Assembly (NCBI GenBank): GCA_038211015.1
Contig: JBBQVZ010000001.1
Coordinates: 1-60,914, forward strand
DNA: 60,914 bases
Source of the DNA: Actinomycetota bacterium
Lineage (GTDB): Bacteria > Actinomycetota > UBA4738 > HRBIN12
Reading direction: 5' to 3'
Part shown: positions 28,389 through 37,123 of the stretch, piece after piece
Position numbering within the stretch: position 1 is the first letter of the stretch
Layout of the letters: each line of letters opens with the position of its first letter
Notes under the pieces: model-generated
What the model was told of the DNA's origin: nothing
Seen by the model: only the letters and a program-made list of their open reading frames with translations
Database searches by the model: none
Made by a program: the position numbers and the translations under genes

Positions 28389-28915
28389 TGTCGCGGTTTC
28401 AATCCCGTCGTCAGGGAGTCGCAGAGGTCCGTCGTCTGGCCGAGGATCGTCTTCGACGAGACGAGGAAGGACCCCGACTTCATGTCGAACGTGCCCTTCA
28501 TCAACGCCACGCCGGTCACCCACTGGAAGAAGGACTGGCCCAGGGTGGTTTCGGTGCCCCAGATCGCGCCGCGACCCACGAACAGGAGCGTGCTGGTGCC
28601 GTCGGGGTTGGGCTTGATCGTCAGGAGCGAGTTCTCGTCGAGCTGCATGAGTCCGCCCGACCCGCCCGAGTACTCCGTCGCGGTCTTGGTGCGGAGGGTC
28701 TGCAGGACGATCTTCCCCTGACGGTCGGTCCAGGTGGTGAGCGTTCGCGGATCGTGCTGGGTCACCATGGCGGTGAACGCGTCAACGCACTCGACGGGAA
28801 CGTTGACGTACGCCGGGGTCGATCCGGTCGTACGGCCCACGGCGAGCGCGGGCTGCGTCCCGACGAACACGACGGTCGAGAGCCCGAGGGCGAGGATGGC
28901 GATCAGCTTTCTCAC
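28385..28915 (-). CDS. secreted hypothetical protein
   Basis: Signal peptide MRKLIAILALGLSTVVFVGTQPALA. GC3-rich 176-aa frame. Confidence 0.65.
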   Translation of the reverse strand: MRKLIAILALGLSTVVFVGTQPALAVGRTTGSTPAYVNVPVECVDAFTAMVTQHDPRTLTTWTDRQGKIVLQTLRTKTATEYSGGSGGLMQLDENSLLTIKPNPDGTSTLLFVGRGAIWGTETTLGQSFFQWVTGVALMKGTFDMKSGSFLVSSKTILGQTTDLCDSLTTGLKPRH

Positions 28916-28954
28916 CGCAACAGGTTCTCATGACCTATCAAGAACGGCATATGG

Positions 28955-29917
28955 CTAGACGGGGTTGGTCCAGGCCGTTCGGCCCCCGGCGTCGGTCGCC
29001 ACGACGCGGACGAACGGCAGGGCCTCGATGTCGGGCCGGAACTCGGCGCGAACCACCAGCCCGGCGTCGTCCCGCTCCAGTACCCGCGCGCCCTCCTGGC
29101 GTCCGCGGTGATCGGCGCGGACCGCCCACCCCTCCTGGTACCTCGTCTGCAGGCCCACCGAGCGGCACGGACTACAGCGGACCTCGATCCGGTCGCCGTC
29201 GCGCCGGACGTCGTGCAGCACGGGTCCGTTCGACGCGTAGCTCCGACCGTCACGCAACGCGTCCAGCACCGCATCGCGCGATCGGTCCGCGGCGCGCACC
29301 ATGGTCCATGCGTCGCCGATGTCGAACAGCGGGTAGTGGCTGTCGTCGGTCGCGATCGCCGAGAGCGGCAGACCGGCCTCGAGGGCCAGATCCCAGATGT
29401 AGGACGAGTTCCCTCGTCCGTTCTCGCGTTCGGCGCTCGCGTTGAACAGCTCCAACCCCGTCAGCCCTTCGGCATCCAGGATCACCTCGGGCGTGAGCCC
29501 GCTCCAGTACGGGTGGGCGACGAACGCGGCGCCGCCCTGTCCGGTGATGAACGCGGCGGCGGTCGTCAGATCGGGGAACGTCCTGAAGTCGTAGTTGTCG
29601 ATCCGCTCCCAGTACGCGCGGTCGCCGCCGGGGTCCTCCGGCAGGGCGTCGATGCCGATCGCGAGGATCTCCGTGTACCGGCCTTTGCCGAGCGGGTCGA
29701 CGGCGAGCTCGGCGCCCGTGATCACCAACAGGCGCTCGGTGGACGGGACCGACGTCAGCGTCCAATGATCCGTGATCGCCAGGACGTCGAACCCCGCCCA
29801 CTCGTAGTGCGCGGCGACGGCCGCCGGCCGGAGCTCACCGTCGCTGTCGGACGTGTGGGTGTGCAGCGCGGCCTTCAACCATGCGCCCTCGCCCTCCCAC
29901 GCACCGATCGTCCCCAC
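28955..29917 (-). CDS. PHP-domain metallohydrolase (CehA/McbA-like)
   Basis: LHTHTSDSDG and ITDHW motifs. Start uncertain (GTG at 29917 or TTG at 29878). The long 572-aa ORF extension is rejected. Confidence 0.7.
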   Translation of the reverse strand: MGTIGAWEGEGAWLKAALHTHTSDSDGELRPAAVAAHYEWAGFDVLAITDHWTLTSVPSTERLLVITGAELAVDPLGKGRYTEILAIGIDALPEDPGGDRAYWERIDNYDFRTFPDLTTAAAFITGQGGAAFVAHPYWSGLTPEVILDAEGLTGLELFNASAERENGRGNSSYIWDLALEAGLPLSAIATDDSHYPLFDIGDAWTMVRAADRSRDAVLDALRDGRSYASNGPVLHDVRRDGDRIEVRCSPCRSVGLQTRYQEGWAVRADHRGRQEGARVLERDDAGLVVRAEFRPDIEALPFVRVVATDAGGRTAWTNPV

Positions 29918-29928
29918 GGCGCGTGATG

Positions 29929-30840
29929 CTATCCGCTCGCCGTTGCGCCGGTGAGGGCGACCACACCGCCCAGTTCGCGGATCGACGCCTCGGTGATCGG
30001 CGTGACGACCAGGATCACCTCGTCGGCCCCCGCCTCGGCCATCTCCCGCAGGCCGGCGGCGATCCGCTCCGGCGCGCCCTCGAGCGGCGGGTTCTCGTCG
30101 TCGATCGGTCGTCCGCTCGCCGCGCGATCCAGGACGACATGCACGCACGCGCTCCGCTCGATCTCGCCGGGATCGCGGCCTGCTCGCGTCGCGGAGGCGT
30201 CGATCTCGGCGTTGCGTGCAGCGAATCCGGCCGGCGTGTTGCCGTACCAGTCGAACCACGTGTTCCACACGTCGACGTGGGGGAGCGCGATCGACAGGAC
30301 GCGCTCGCCGCTGCTCCCGACCATCAGCGTCGGCCGGCGAGCGGGCGTGGGGAGGAGCACGGCGTCGTCCACGCGGTGGAAGGAACCGTGAAGCGTCACG
30401 CGTTCCCCTGACAGCAGCCGTCGCACGATCTCGAACGCCTCCTCGAACCGGGAGGCGCGATGGTCGAACGGCACGCCGAACGCATCGAACTCCGTCCGGT
30501 TCCAGCCGGCGCCCAGACCGAGGACGAGCCGTCCACCGCTCACCTCGTCGACGGTCGCCGCCATCTTGGCGAGGATCGCCGGGGGATGGAAACCCGCGCA
30601 CGACACCAGCGGGCCGAGCTTCACCCTTCGCGTCACGGCGGCGAGCCCCGCCAGGAGCGTCCACGCCTCCCACGGACCTCGCTCGGGTCGCCCGTCGTCC
30701 CGGTAGAGCAGATGGTCGCCCAACCAGATCGAGTCGAACCCGGCGTCCTCGGCGGCGCGCGCCATGGCCATGTACTCCGGCCAGCGCACGTCGCGCTCGA
30801 CCTCGGGGAGTTGGATACCGATACGGAGCGACCGCGGCAC
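29929..30840 (-). CDS. LLM-class F420-dependent oxidoreductase
   Basis: FDSIWLGDHL, GRLVLGLGAGW and EFDAFG signatures of the luciferase-like family. Confidence 0.85.
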   Translation of the reverse strand: MPRSLRIGIQLPEVERDVRWPEYMAMARAAEDAGFDSIWLGDHLLYRDDGRPERGPWEAWTLLAGLAAVTRRVKLGPLVSCAGFHPPAILAKMAATVDEVSGGRLVLGLGAGWNRTEFDAFGVPFDHRASRFEEAFEIVRRLLSGERVTLHGSFHRVDDAVLLPTPARRPTLMVGSSGERVLSIALPHVDVWNTWFDWYGNTPAGFAARNAEIDASATRAGRDPGEIERSACVHVVLDRAASGRPIDDENPPLEGAPERIAAGLREMAEAGADEVILVVTPITEASIRELGGVVALTGATASG

Positions 30841-30871
30841 GGTGAGGAGTGTATGCCGTGGCTCTACGCCG

Positions 30872-31033
30872 TCAGGAACGGACGATCTTGGCGTGGAACA
30901 GATGCCCGCAGTTCGTGCACTTCATGTTCACGCGCGCGCCGGGTCCCGCGTGGGTGAACGGCTGGGTCTTGGGGGATCCGCAATGAGGACAGTCCGGACG
31001 CGGGGGCGGCAGCTTCCGCTCGTCCTGCGTCAC
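30872..31033 (-). CDS. small zinc-ribbon protein (53 aa), below the ORF-track length cutoff
   Basis: My own translation: VTQDERKLPPPRPDCPHCGSPKTQPFTHAGPGARVNMKCTNCGHLFHAKIVRS-stop. CPHC..CTNC pair. GC3-rich. It fills an otherwise empty 250-nt gap. Confidence 0.45.
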   Translation of the reverse strand: MTQDERKLPPPRPDCPHCGSPKTQPFTHAGPGARVNMKCTNCGHLFHAKIVRS

Positions 31034-31093
31034 GTCGCGTCGCGTCCTTTCCGTTCTCTGCCGGGTCCATGGACGACCCGGCGCACGAACAGA

Positions 31094-32143
31094 CTACCCG
31101 CGCCGGCGCACCGCAGGCTCGAACCACCACGGGGCGAAGCCTCGGTCGTTCTCGTCGACGAGCGTTCCGGGGGGCACCAGCTCATCGATCGCGTCGAGGA
31201 TGGCCGTCTCGAGACGCACATCCGCGCCGGCGAGGAGGTCGTCCAACTGCTCGATCGTCCTGGGGCCGACGATCGCCGACGTGACCGCCGGATGGGAGAG
31301 CGTGAACGCCACCGCCATGTGCGCCATGGAGGCGCCGGCGTCCGCCGCGACCTTGGAAAGCGCCTCGACGAGGTCGAGCTTCCGTTGGATCTCGGGCCTC
31401 GAGAGGTCGAACTGCGCCGCGATGTACGGCCCGCGCTCCTTCCCGCGGGTGGCCCGGGCCTCCGGCGACTCGTCGAAGCTCTCGCGCCGGTACCGCCCGG
31501 TGAGCCAGCCGCGCGCGAGCGGGCTCCATACCAGCACGCCCATCCCGAGCTCCTGCGCGACGGGGAGCACGTCGTGCTCGATGTGACGCACGAAGATCGA
31601 GTACGGCGGCTGCTCGGTGCGGAACGCCGACAACCCTCGCCGTTCGGCCACCCACTGGGCCTGGACCAACTGCCATCCCGGGAACGTCGACGAGCCGAAG
31701 TATCGGATCTTCCCCTGGCGCTGCAGGTCGGTGAGCGCGGAGAGCGTCTCCTCGACGGCGGTCTCGCCCTCCGGCCGGTGCACCTGATAGAGGTCGATGT
31801 GATCGACACCCAGACGACGCAAGCTGTCCTCGACGGCGCGCATGATCCACAGGCGTGAGTTCCCTCGTTGGTTCCGTCCCGGACCCATGGGGTTGTGGAA
31901 CTTCGTGGCGAGGACGATGTCGTCGCGGATCGAGCCTTTCAGGGCCAGGCCGACGATCTCCTCGGAGCGACCCTCCGAGTACATGTCCGCCGTGTCGACG
32001 AAGTTGATCCCGCCGTCGATCGCGCGACGAACGATCCGGGCGCAATCTTCGGCGTCGTCGTTGCCCCACGGGCCGAACATCATGGTGCCGAGGCAATGAG
32101 TGCTGACCCGCACCCCCGTGCTGCCGAGCGTTCGGTACTCCAT
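31094..32143 (-). CDS. aldo/keto reductase
   Basis: MEYRTLG..GVRVS, INFVDTADMY and IDLYQVHRP. AGGAGG RBS before the ATG at 32143. Confidence 0.9.
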   Translation of the reverse strand: MEYRTLGSTGVRVSTHCLGTMMFGPWGNDDAEDCARIVRRAIDGGINFVDTADMYSEGRSEEIVGLALKGSIRDDIVLATKFHNPMGPGRNQRGNSRLWIMRAVEDSLRRLGVDHIDLYQVHRPEGETAVEETLSALTDLQRQGKIRYFGSSTFPGWQLVQAQWVAERRGLSAFRTEQPPYSIFVRHIEHDVLPVAQELGMGVLVWSPLARGWLTGRYRRESFDESPEARATRGKERGPYIAAQFDLSRPEIQRKLDLVEALSKVAADAGASMAHMAVAFTLSHPAVTSAIVGPRTIEQLDDLLAGADVRLETAILDAIDELVPPGTLVDENDRGFAPWWFEPAVRRRG

Positions 32144-32163
32144 GGTGACTCCTCCTTCTGTCC

Positions 32164-33063
32164 CTATGTCGAGCCGGTGCTGTCCATCGCGGCCAGGAGC
32201 CTGACGACCGACCCTCGCAGGCCGTATTCCTCGGCGAGCGCGCGCAACGCGTCGTCGTCGCGCGCTCCATGCCAGACCTCGACCGAGCACGTGACCTCGA
32301 TCGGCACCAGCTTGCGCATCGCCGCGAGGTAGTCCTCCGACTCGCGGAGTCGCGCGCGCAGCGCGGGCTTCCCCTTCAGCGGACCGGGACGGGGTGCATC
32401 GCCGGCCGCGTCCGCCAGGAGCTCGTCGATCGACGCGTACGTCTGGATGAGCGCCAGAGCCGTCTTCTCTCCCACGCCCTTCACGCCGGGGAGCTCGTCG
32501 GAGGGATCGCCGCGCAGGATCGCGAACTCCGCGTACCGCGACGCCGGGACGCCGTACTTGTCCATCACCGTCACCTCGTCGAACTCCAATAACTCCGAGA
32601 CGCCGCGGACCGTGAACAGCAGTCGGACGGAGGGATCACGGACCAATTGGATCAGGTCGCGATCGCCGGAGACCATCTCGAACAGGTCGTCATCGTTGGC
32701 GCCGACCACCAACGCGCCGATCGCATCCTCCGCTTCCCACGTCGGCGCCTGCGCCTGCCGCATCCCGGTCAGGTCCAGCACGCGGCGCAGCAGTGCGAAC
32801 TGCACGGTCAGGTCCGCCGGCTCGTCCGGTCGGTTCGCCTTGTACCCGGGATACAGCTGCGTCCTCACGGTTGGGCGCCAATCGTGGTCGTACACGTGGA
32901 TCACCTCGTCGGGTCGCCGGGACACGACCAACCGGGCCACCATGTCGAGGTAGCCCACGACCGCGCCGACGGACGTCCCGTCCGGCGCGTGCGCCACGTC
33001 GCGGAGCGCGAAATACGACCGGTACCCCAGGCTGGAGACGTCGAGCAGCAACCGATGGGTCAC
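32164..33063 (-). CDS. 5'-3' exonuclease (FEN/Pol I N-terminal-domain homologue)
   Basis: YPGYKANR, EAEDAIG, SGDRDLIQL and PGVKGVGEKTA (H3TH) motifs. Confidence 0.85.
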   Translation of the reverse strand: MTHRLLLDVSSLGYRSYFALRDVAHAPDGTSVGAVVGYLDMVARLVVSRRPDEVIHVYDHDWRPTVRTQLYPGYKANRPDEPADLTVQFALLRRVLDLTGMRQAQAPTWEAEDAIGALVVGANDDDLFEMVSGDRDLIQLVRDPSVRLLFTVRGVSELLEFDEVTVMDKYGVPASRYAEFAILRGDPSDELPGVKGVGEKTALALIQTYASIDELLADAAGDAPRPGPLKGKPALRARLRESEDYLAAMRKLVPIEVTCSVEVWHGARDDDALRALAEEYGLRGSVVRLLAAMDSTGST

Positions 33064-33105
33064 GGCGGCAGCCTACGCGGCAACGGCGTTGGTAGCGTCG
33101 GGGCC

Positions 33106-34044
33106 ATGACGCAGCCGGTCGCCCCCACCGAGGAAGCACGCCGGACCGCCGGCATCCTGGCGGTATCGCTGACCACCCTGGTGTGGGGACTCGCCCCGTT
33201 GATCGTGAAGCAGGTCCAGATGCCCGTGCTCAGCTTCGCCGCGTACCGGCTGTGGGCCGGCGTCGTGATCTTCGCCGTGGTGTTCGCGGTCACCGGCCGG
33301 CGACTGTCGTGGGCGACGCTCCGGACGTGCGCGCTCGGCGGCGTGATCTTCACGGCCGACGTCGCGTGCAGCTTCCTGGCGTTCCGGCTCACGAGTGTCG
33401 CGGACGCCACGATCATCGGCGCGCTCGCCCCGGTCTTCATCATGATCGGCGCGTCTCGCTGGTTCGGCGAGCGCGTGGGACGCCGAGACCTCGTGTTCGT
33501 CGCGATCTCGTTCGCGGGGGTCGCGCTGGTCGCGATCGGATCCGCCGGGACGCCGGCGTTCGACGCTTGGGGCGATCTCTTCGCGCTCGTCAGCGTGTTC
33601 ACGTGGACCGCGTACTGGCTCTTCTCCAAGCGTGCGCGAGCGAGCGTAGGGGCGCTCGAGTACATGACGAGCGTCATCCTGGTCGCTGCCGTCCTGATGA
33701 CCGCGGTGGCGTTGGTGTCGGGGGAGGGCCTGTCGCCGCCGACCCGCGGTATGGACTGGCTCTTGATCTGGGCGGTGGCGCTCGGCGCGGGCGCGATCGG
33801 ACATGTGCTGCTGGCGTGGTCGCACCGGCACGTCGAGGCATGGATGGGATCGCTGATCTCCCAGTGCATGCCGGTGGCCAGCTCGATCGCCGCATGGGTG
33901 CTGCTCGACGAGGCGCTCACCCCGCTCACGATCGTGGGCGGCCTGATCGTCCTCGCCGCCACTGCGGCCATCCTGGTGCGCTCCCGCACGCGGGGCGGCG
34001 ACGGATCGTTCGACGCACCGGAGACACCTGCTCCGGCCGGGTAA
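33106..34044 (+). CDS. DMT superfamily (EamA-like) transporter
   Basis: About ten hydrophobic helices in two similar halves. 312 aa. Confidence 0.8.
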   Translation: MTQPVAPTEEARRTAGILAVSLTTLVWGLAPLIVKQVQMPVLSFAAYRLWAGVVIFAVVFAVTGRRLSWATLRTCALGGVIFTADVACSFLAFRLTSVADATIIGALAPVFIMIGASRWFGERVGRRDLVFVAISFAGVALVAIGSAGTPAFDAWGDLFALVSVFTWTAYWLFSKRARASVGALEYMTSVILVAAVLMTAVALVSGEGLSPPTRGMDWLLIWAVALGAGAIGHVLLAWSHRHVEAWMGSLISQCMPVASSIAAWVLLDEALTPLTIVGGLIVLAATAAILVRSRTRGGDGSFDAPETPAPAG

Positions 34045-34047
34045 GCA

Positions 34048-35037
34048 TCAGCCGGCACCCGCGGCAGCCTCGGCCTGCGAGGCGCAGGACGACGCGCCGC
34101 CGCCGTCGGCCACCTCCAGCCACCGAGTGAGGATCGGGGCGATCAGGTTCGCCATCAGGTCCTCGTGCCCCGGCGCTGGATGCACGCCGTCCGACGTCAG
34201 CTCGTCGTCGCTCACGAACGAGTCCCAGTCGGCCACCAGGGCGTTGGGGTACTGCGACACGAGCCCGTGGATGTGGACGTTGACGCCCGGGATGTTCTCG
34301 AGCGGGCCGTGCGCGGTCTGCCATATCACCAGTGGCACATGCTTGAGCGCCTCGAGCATGGCGGCGCCGTTCTCCCGGAACGCGACCGGGTCGGCATCGT
34401 TCGTCCCCAGCTCGATCACCACGACGTCGGGCGGGGTGGCCGCCTGGATGGCAGCGGCGGTGAGCGCTGAGTTCGTTCCCCGGCCGATGACCGCGTCGAA
34501 CCCGATCGACCATCCAGGGAGGGCTTCGAGGATCCACGGCTCCGCGCCGTCGGCGATGGAGTCGCCGATGACGAACGCCGTCGGAGGATCGGTCGCGCCC
34601 AGGCGGGGGAGACGCAGCCACCGTTCCACGGTGTCGTCGCGCGCGACGTAGAGCGTCTTCTCGTCGCCAGGAACGCCGAACACCTGCATGTCCCCGCCAT
34701 CGCCGAGCGGGAACGCGTCGGTCGGCAACGCGTCCATCGGCGTCGCCCAGCGCTCTCCGATGAAGCGTTCGGGTGCCCGGCGCGCTCCCGCGCCCACCTC
34801 GATCACGACGGGTTCGTCCGGCAGACAGCGGAAGCCGAGGAGCTGCTCCGGTGGCACGCATCCGTCGTCTCGGAACAGCATCAGCGTCCTCGGCGGGGCG
34901 AGCTCGCCGGCCACCGGGCACCCCGCGGTCCCGAGCGCGGGAGGCGACTGGGGAGGTGGTTGCGAGGGCGCGGCGCCCGTTGCGATCGAGCACGAGACGG
35001 CGACGAGCGCGAACAGGGCCGCGGGCGTGCGTCTCAC
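34048..35037 (-). CDS. SGNH/GDSL-type hydrolase lipoprotein
   Basis: Lipobox LVAVSC. Block I VIGDSIADG, block III GTNDA, block V DGVHP. Confidence 0.7.
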   Translation of the reverse strand: MRRTPAALFALVAVSCSIATGAAPSQPPPQSPPALGTAGCPVAGELAPPRTLMLFRDDGCVPPEQLLGFRCLPDEPVVIEVGAGARRAPERFIGERWATPMDALPTDAFPLGDGGDMQVFGVPGDEKTLYVARDDTVERWLRLPRLGATDPPTAFVIGDSIADGAEPWILEALPGWSIGFDAVIGRGTNSALTAAAIQAATPPDVVVIELGTNDADPVAFRENGAAMLEALKHVPLVIWQTAHGPLENIPGVNVHIHGLVSQYPNALVADWDSFVSDDELTSDGVHPAPGHEDLMANLIAPILTRWLEVADGGGASSCASQAEAAAGAG

Positions 35038-35146
35038 GTGGCTACTGTATCGACCCGAACGCGCGAACCCGGACCGGGCCCTGGATGCTGCGGGTGTGGC
35101 GCACCGTTGGCACCTCGGGCTCGATCCGGGCTCGTTCGGGTCCGAC

Positions 35147-35172
35147 GATCGACCGGTCAGGCCCGGTCGATC
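35147..35172 (-). terminator. perfect 10-bp stem-loop spanning the stop codon of the small gene
   Basis: GATCGACCGG-TCAGGC-CCGGTCGATC. No U tract. Confidence 0.35.
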
Positions 35173-35390
35173 AAGCGGACGTCTCGCTCGAGACAGTCGG
35201 AAGGCGTGTCGAGCGCGTTCGCCGTCCGAGTGAGCGCCGCGGACATCGCCCGCAACGCCCCAGCCGCCATGCGTCCCGTACGGGTGGCGGACACGAGCTC
35301 CTGCTCGCGACGGGCGATCTCGGTCGCCCGGCGGAGCTCCTGCTCATGCAACCGCTGCTCATCCGTGCGGAACTGTGGGGTCTGGACCAT
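35157..35390 (-). CDS. small hypothetical protein (77 aa), divergent from the MarR gene
   Basis: AGGAGG lies 8 nt before the ATG at 35390. Helical, charged sequence MVQTPQFRTDEQRLHEQELRR... The rest of the 189-aa track ORF is antisense to the MarR gene. Confidence 0.5.
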   Translation of the reverse strand: MVQTPQFRTDEQRLHEQELRRATEIARREQELVSATRTGRMAAGALRAMSAALTRTANALDTPSDCLERDVRLIDRA

Positions 35391-35442
35391 CTCGCGCTCA
35401 CCTCCTTCCCTCGGGTTCTTGGCCGTGCTTCTTGGCCAGTGA

Positions 35443-35484
35443 TAGCTTGACGTGAAGGTACTTGACGTGTAGCTTGATGTCAAG
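35443..35484. promoter_or_regulatory. interlocked divergent promoters plus CTTGAyGTnAAG operator-like repeats
   Basis: Plus strand: -35 TTGACG (35447-52), 17 nt, -10 TAGCTT (35470-75). Minus strand: -35 TTGACA (35483-78), 17 nt, -10 TACCTT (35460-55). CTTGACGTG occurs at 35446 and 35461. Palindrome CTTGATGTCAAG at 35473-84. Confidence 0.55.
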
Positions 35485-35528
35485 AAATCCGACATGAAGT
35501 TTCTTGTTATCGAAAGGAGGAGCCGGCG

Positions 35529-36056
35529 ATGGGAACGAAAGATTCGATCGACGAGTTCTTGGAGCGCACGTGCAGGATCTTCCCCCGCCTCGATCCGGAG
35601 GTCGAGGGGGCCGTCGACCGGATCTGCAAGCTGAATAAACGTTTCGACACCATGCTCGAACACGCCGTCGAAGCGTTCGGCCTCAACAAGGGCGAGTTCA
35701 AGGTCCTCATCACCCTGCGGCAGCACAACGACGACTTCACCATGTCGCCCGGCGAGCTCGGCGACGAGCTCATCCTGTCCTCAGGCGCCATGACGAACCG
35801 CCTCGATCGGCTGGAGGCGGCCGGTTTCATCGCCCGCGAGGCGGATCCGGACGACCGGCGGGCGCTGATCATCCGGCTCACCCCCGACGGACTGCGAAAG
35901 ATCGACGAGGCGGTGAACGCGGCGGCGCACGACGAGTTCGCAGTGGTGTCGGTGCTCACCCCGGCGGAGCAGAAGCGTCTGAACGCGCTGTTGCGCAAGC
36001 TGATGCTCTCGTTCGAGATCAAGCCCATGGCCATGGCGGCCGCGGGCCACGCCTAA
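35529..36056 (+). CDS. MarR-family transcriptional regulator
   Basis: Winged-helix segment LSSGAMTNRLDRLEAAGFIAREADPDDRRALIIRLTPDG. AAAGGAGG RBS. Confidence 0.85.
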   Translation: MGTKDSIDEFLERTCRIFPRLDPEVEGAVDRICKLNKRFDTMLEHAVEAFGLNKGEFKVLITLRQHNDDFTMSPGELGDELILSSGAMTNRLDRLEAAGFIAREADPDDRRALIIRLTPDGLRKIDEAVNAAAHDEFAVVSVLTPAEQKRLNALLRKLMLSFEIKPMAMAAAGHA

Positions 36057-37123
36057 ACGACCGGCGCTTCCGGCTCGTGTCGGGCGGCGTCCGCGGGCGT
36101 CGCGTACCGGGCGGCCACTCGCTCCACGAACGCTCCGAACCGCTGCGCGAGCGCGCCGCTGCGGATGTGGAGCACGTTCTCCGCGTTGTCCTCGCCCCCG
36201 TGCGACAGGTTGTAGCTCCCCGTCAGCACATCTCCGTCCGCCACGACGACCTTCGCGTGCATGAAGTCGTGCACGCCTCCCGCCGCGCTCCACGGCGTCG
36301 AGACCTTCCCGGAAAGGCGTGGACGGATCGCCTCCCAGGCGGCGATCTTCCAGTGGTTCGGGGGCCAATCCTTCCACTGTCCGACGACCTGACGCATCTG
36401 CGTCGCGTCGTAGGCGCCCATCAGATCGAACGAGGCGCGTCCCGCGATCTCCGCGAGCGTGCCCAGCACCGCGCCAGACGTGATCACCGGGGACAGGATC
36501 CGCACACGATGGTCCGCAGCCGCGATGCGCTCCGCGGAGCGATGGGCGAGCGACGGGCCCCGTGGCGAGAACAAGGCCTGCACCTCGACGCCGCGACCGA
36601 GCGTCGCCGACGCGCTCTCGCCGCCGCTCGACTCGATCCGCTCCTTCGTCCACAGCTGCTCGAAGTTCCGCGTGTAGGACTGGGCGATCTCGGGCGACGA
36701 CACGCGAACGATGATGTTCTCCTCACGCGAGAACGCGTCGTCCGTCCAGTTCGTGGAGCCGGTCCACACGTGTGCGCCGTCGCGAACCACGTACTTGTGA
36801 TGCATCAGCGCGCCCTGGTCGTGCACGCCTTTCGTCGGCACCTCGAGCCCGTCGATGGCATCCGGGTCGCAGGTCATCGGCGGGTTGTGCGTGGCCTCGG
36901 CGTCGCGCTCCTGATTGAACGCGACGCGTGTCCGAACACCACGAGCCATCGCCACCTCGAGGGCGTCGGCGACGCGCGCGGCGGCTCCCACGCGGGCGTC
37001 GAAGTCGTAGATCGCGATGTCGATCGTCGTGGTGGCCTCCGAGATGTACGCGACCAGCATGTCGGCCACGTCTCCCGCCGATCGCGCGCCGTCTTCCAGG
37101 AACTCGGCCTCGATCCCCGTCAC
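36053..37123 (-). CDS. phospholipase D-like (two HKD motifs) protein
   Basis: HHKYVVRDGAHVWTGSTNWT and HAKVVVADGDVLTGSYNLS. The GTG at 37123 overlaps the upstream stop (GTGA). No TM segment seen. Confidence 0.8.
   Translation of the reverse strand: MTGIEAEFLEDGARSAGDVADMLVAYISEATTTIDIAIYDFDARVGAAARVADALEVAMARGVRTRVAFNQERDAEATHNPPMTCDPDAIDGLEVPTKGVHDQGALMHHKYVVRDGAHVWTGSTNWTDDAFSREENIIVRVSSPEIAQSYTRNFEQLWTKERIESSGGESASATLGRGVEVQALFSPRGPSLAHRSAERIAAADHRVRILSPVITSGAVLGTLAEIAGRASFDLMGAYDATQMRQVVGQWKDWPPNHWKIAAWEAIRPRLSGKVSTPWSAAGGVHDFMHAKVVVADGDVLTGSYNLSHGGEDNAENVLHIRSGALAQRFGAFVERVAARYATPADAARHEPEAPVV

Noticed and set aside
28389-28523. GTG at 28523 as the start of the GH25 gene.
   Set aside because: It would overlap the upstream secreted-protein gene by 139 nt in a GC3-poor frame, and it would bury the signal peptide 45 residues inside the protein.
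35391-35726. The 189-aa ORF 35157-35726 as a single gene.
   Set aside because: Its upstream 112 codons run across the promoter region and antisense into the MarR gene. Only the last 77 codons, downstream of an AGGAGG-ATG, look coding.
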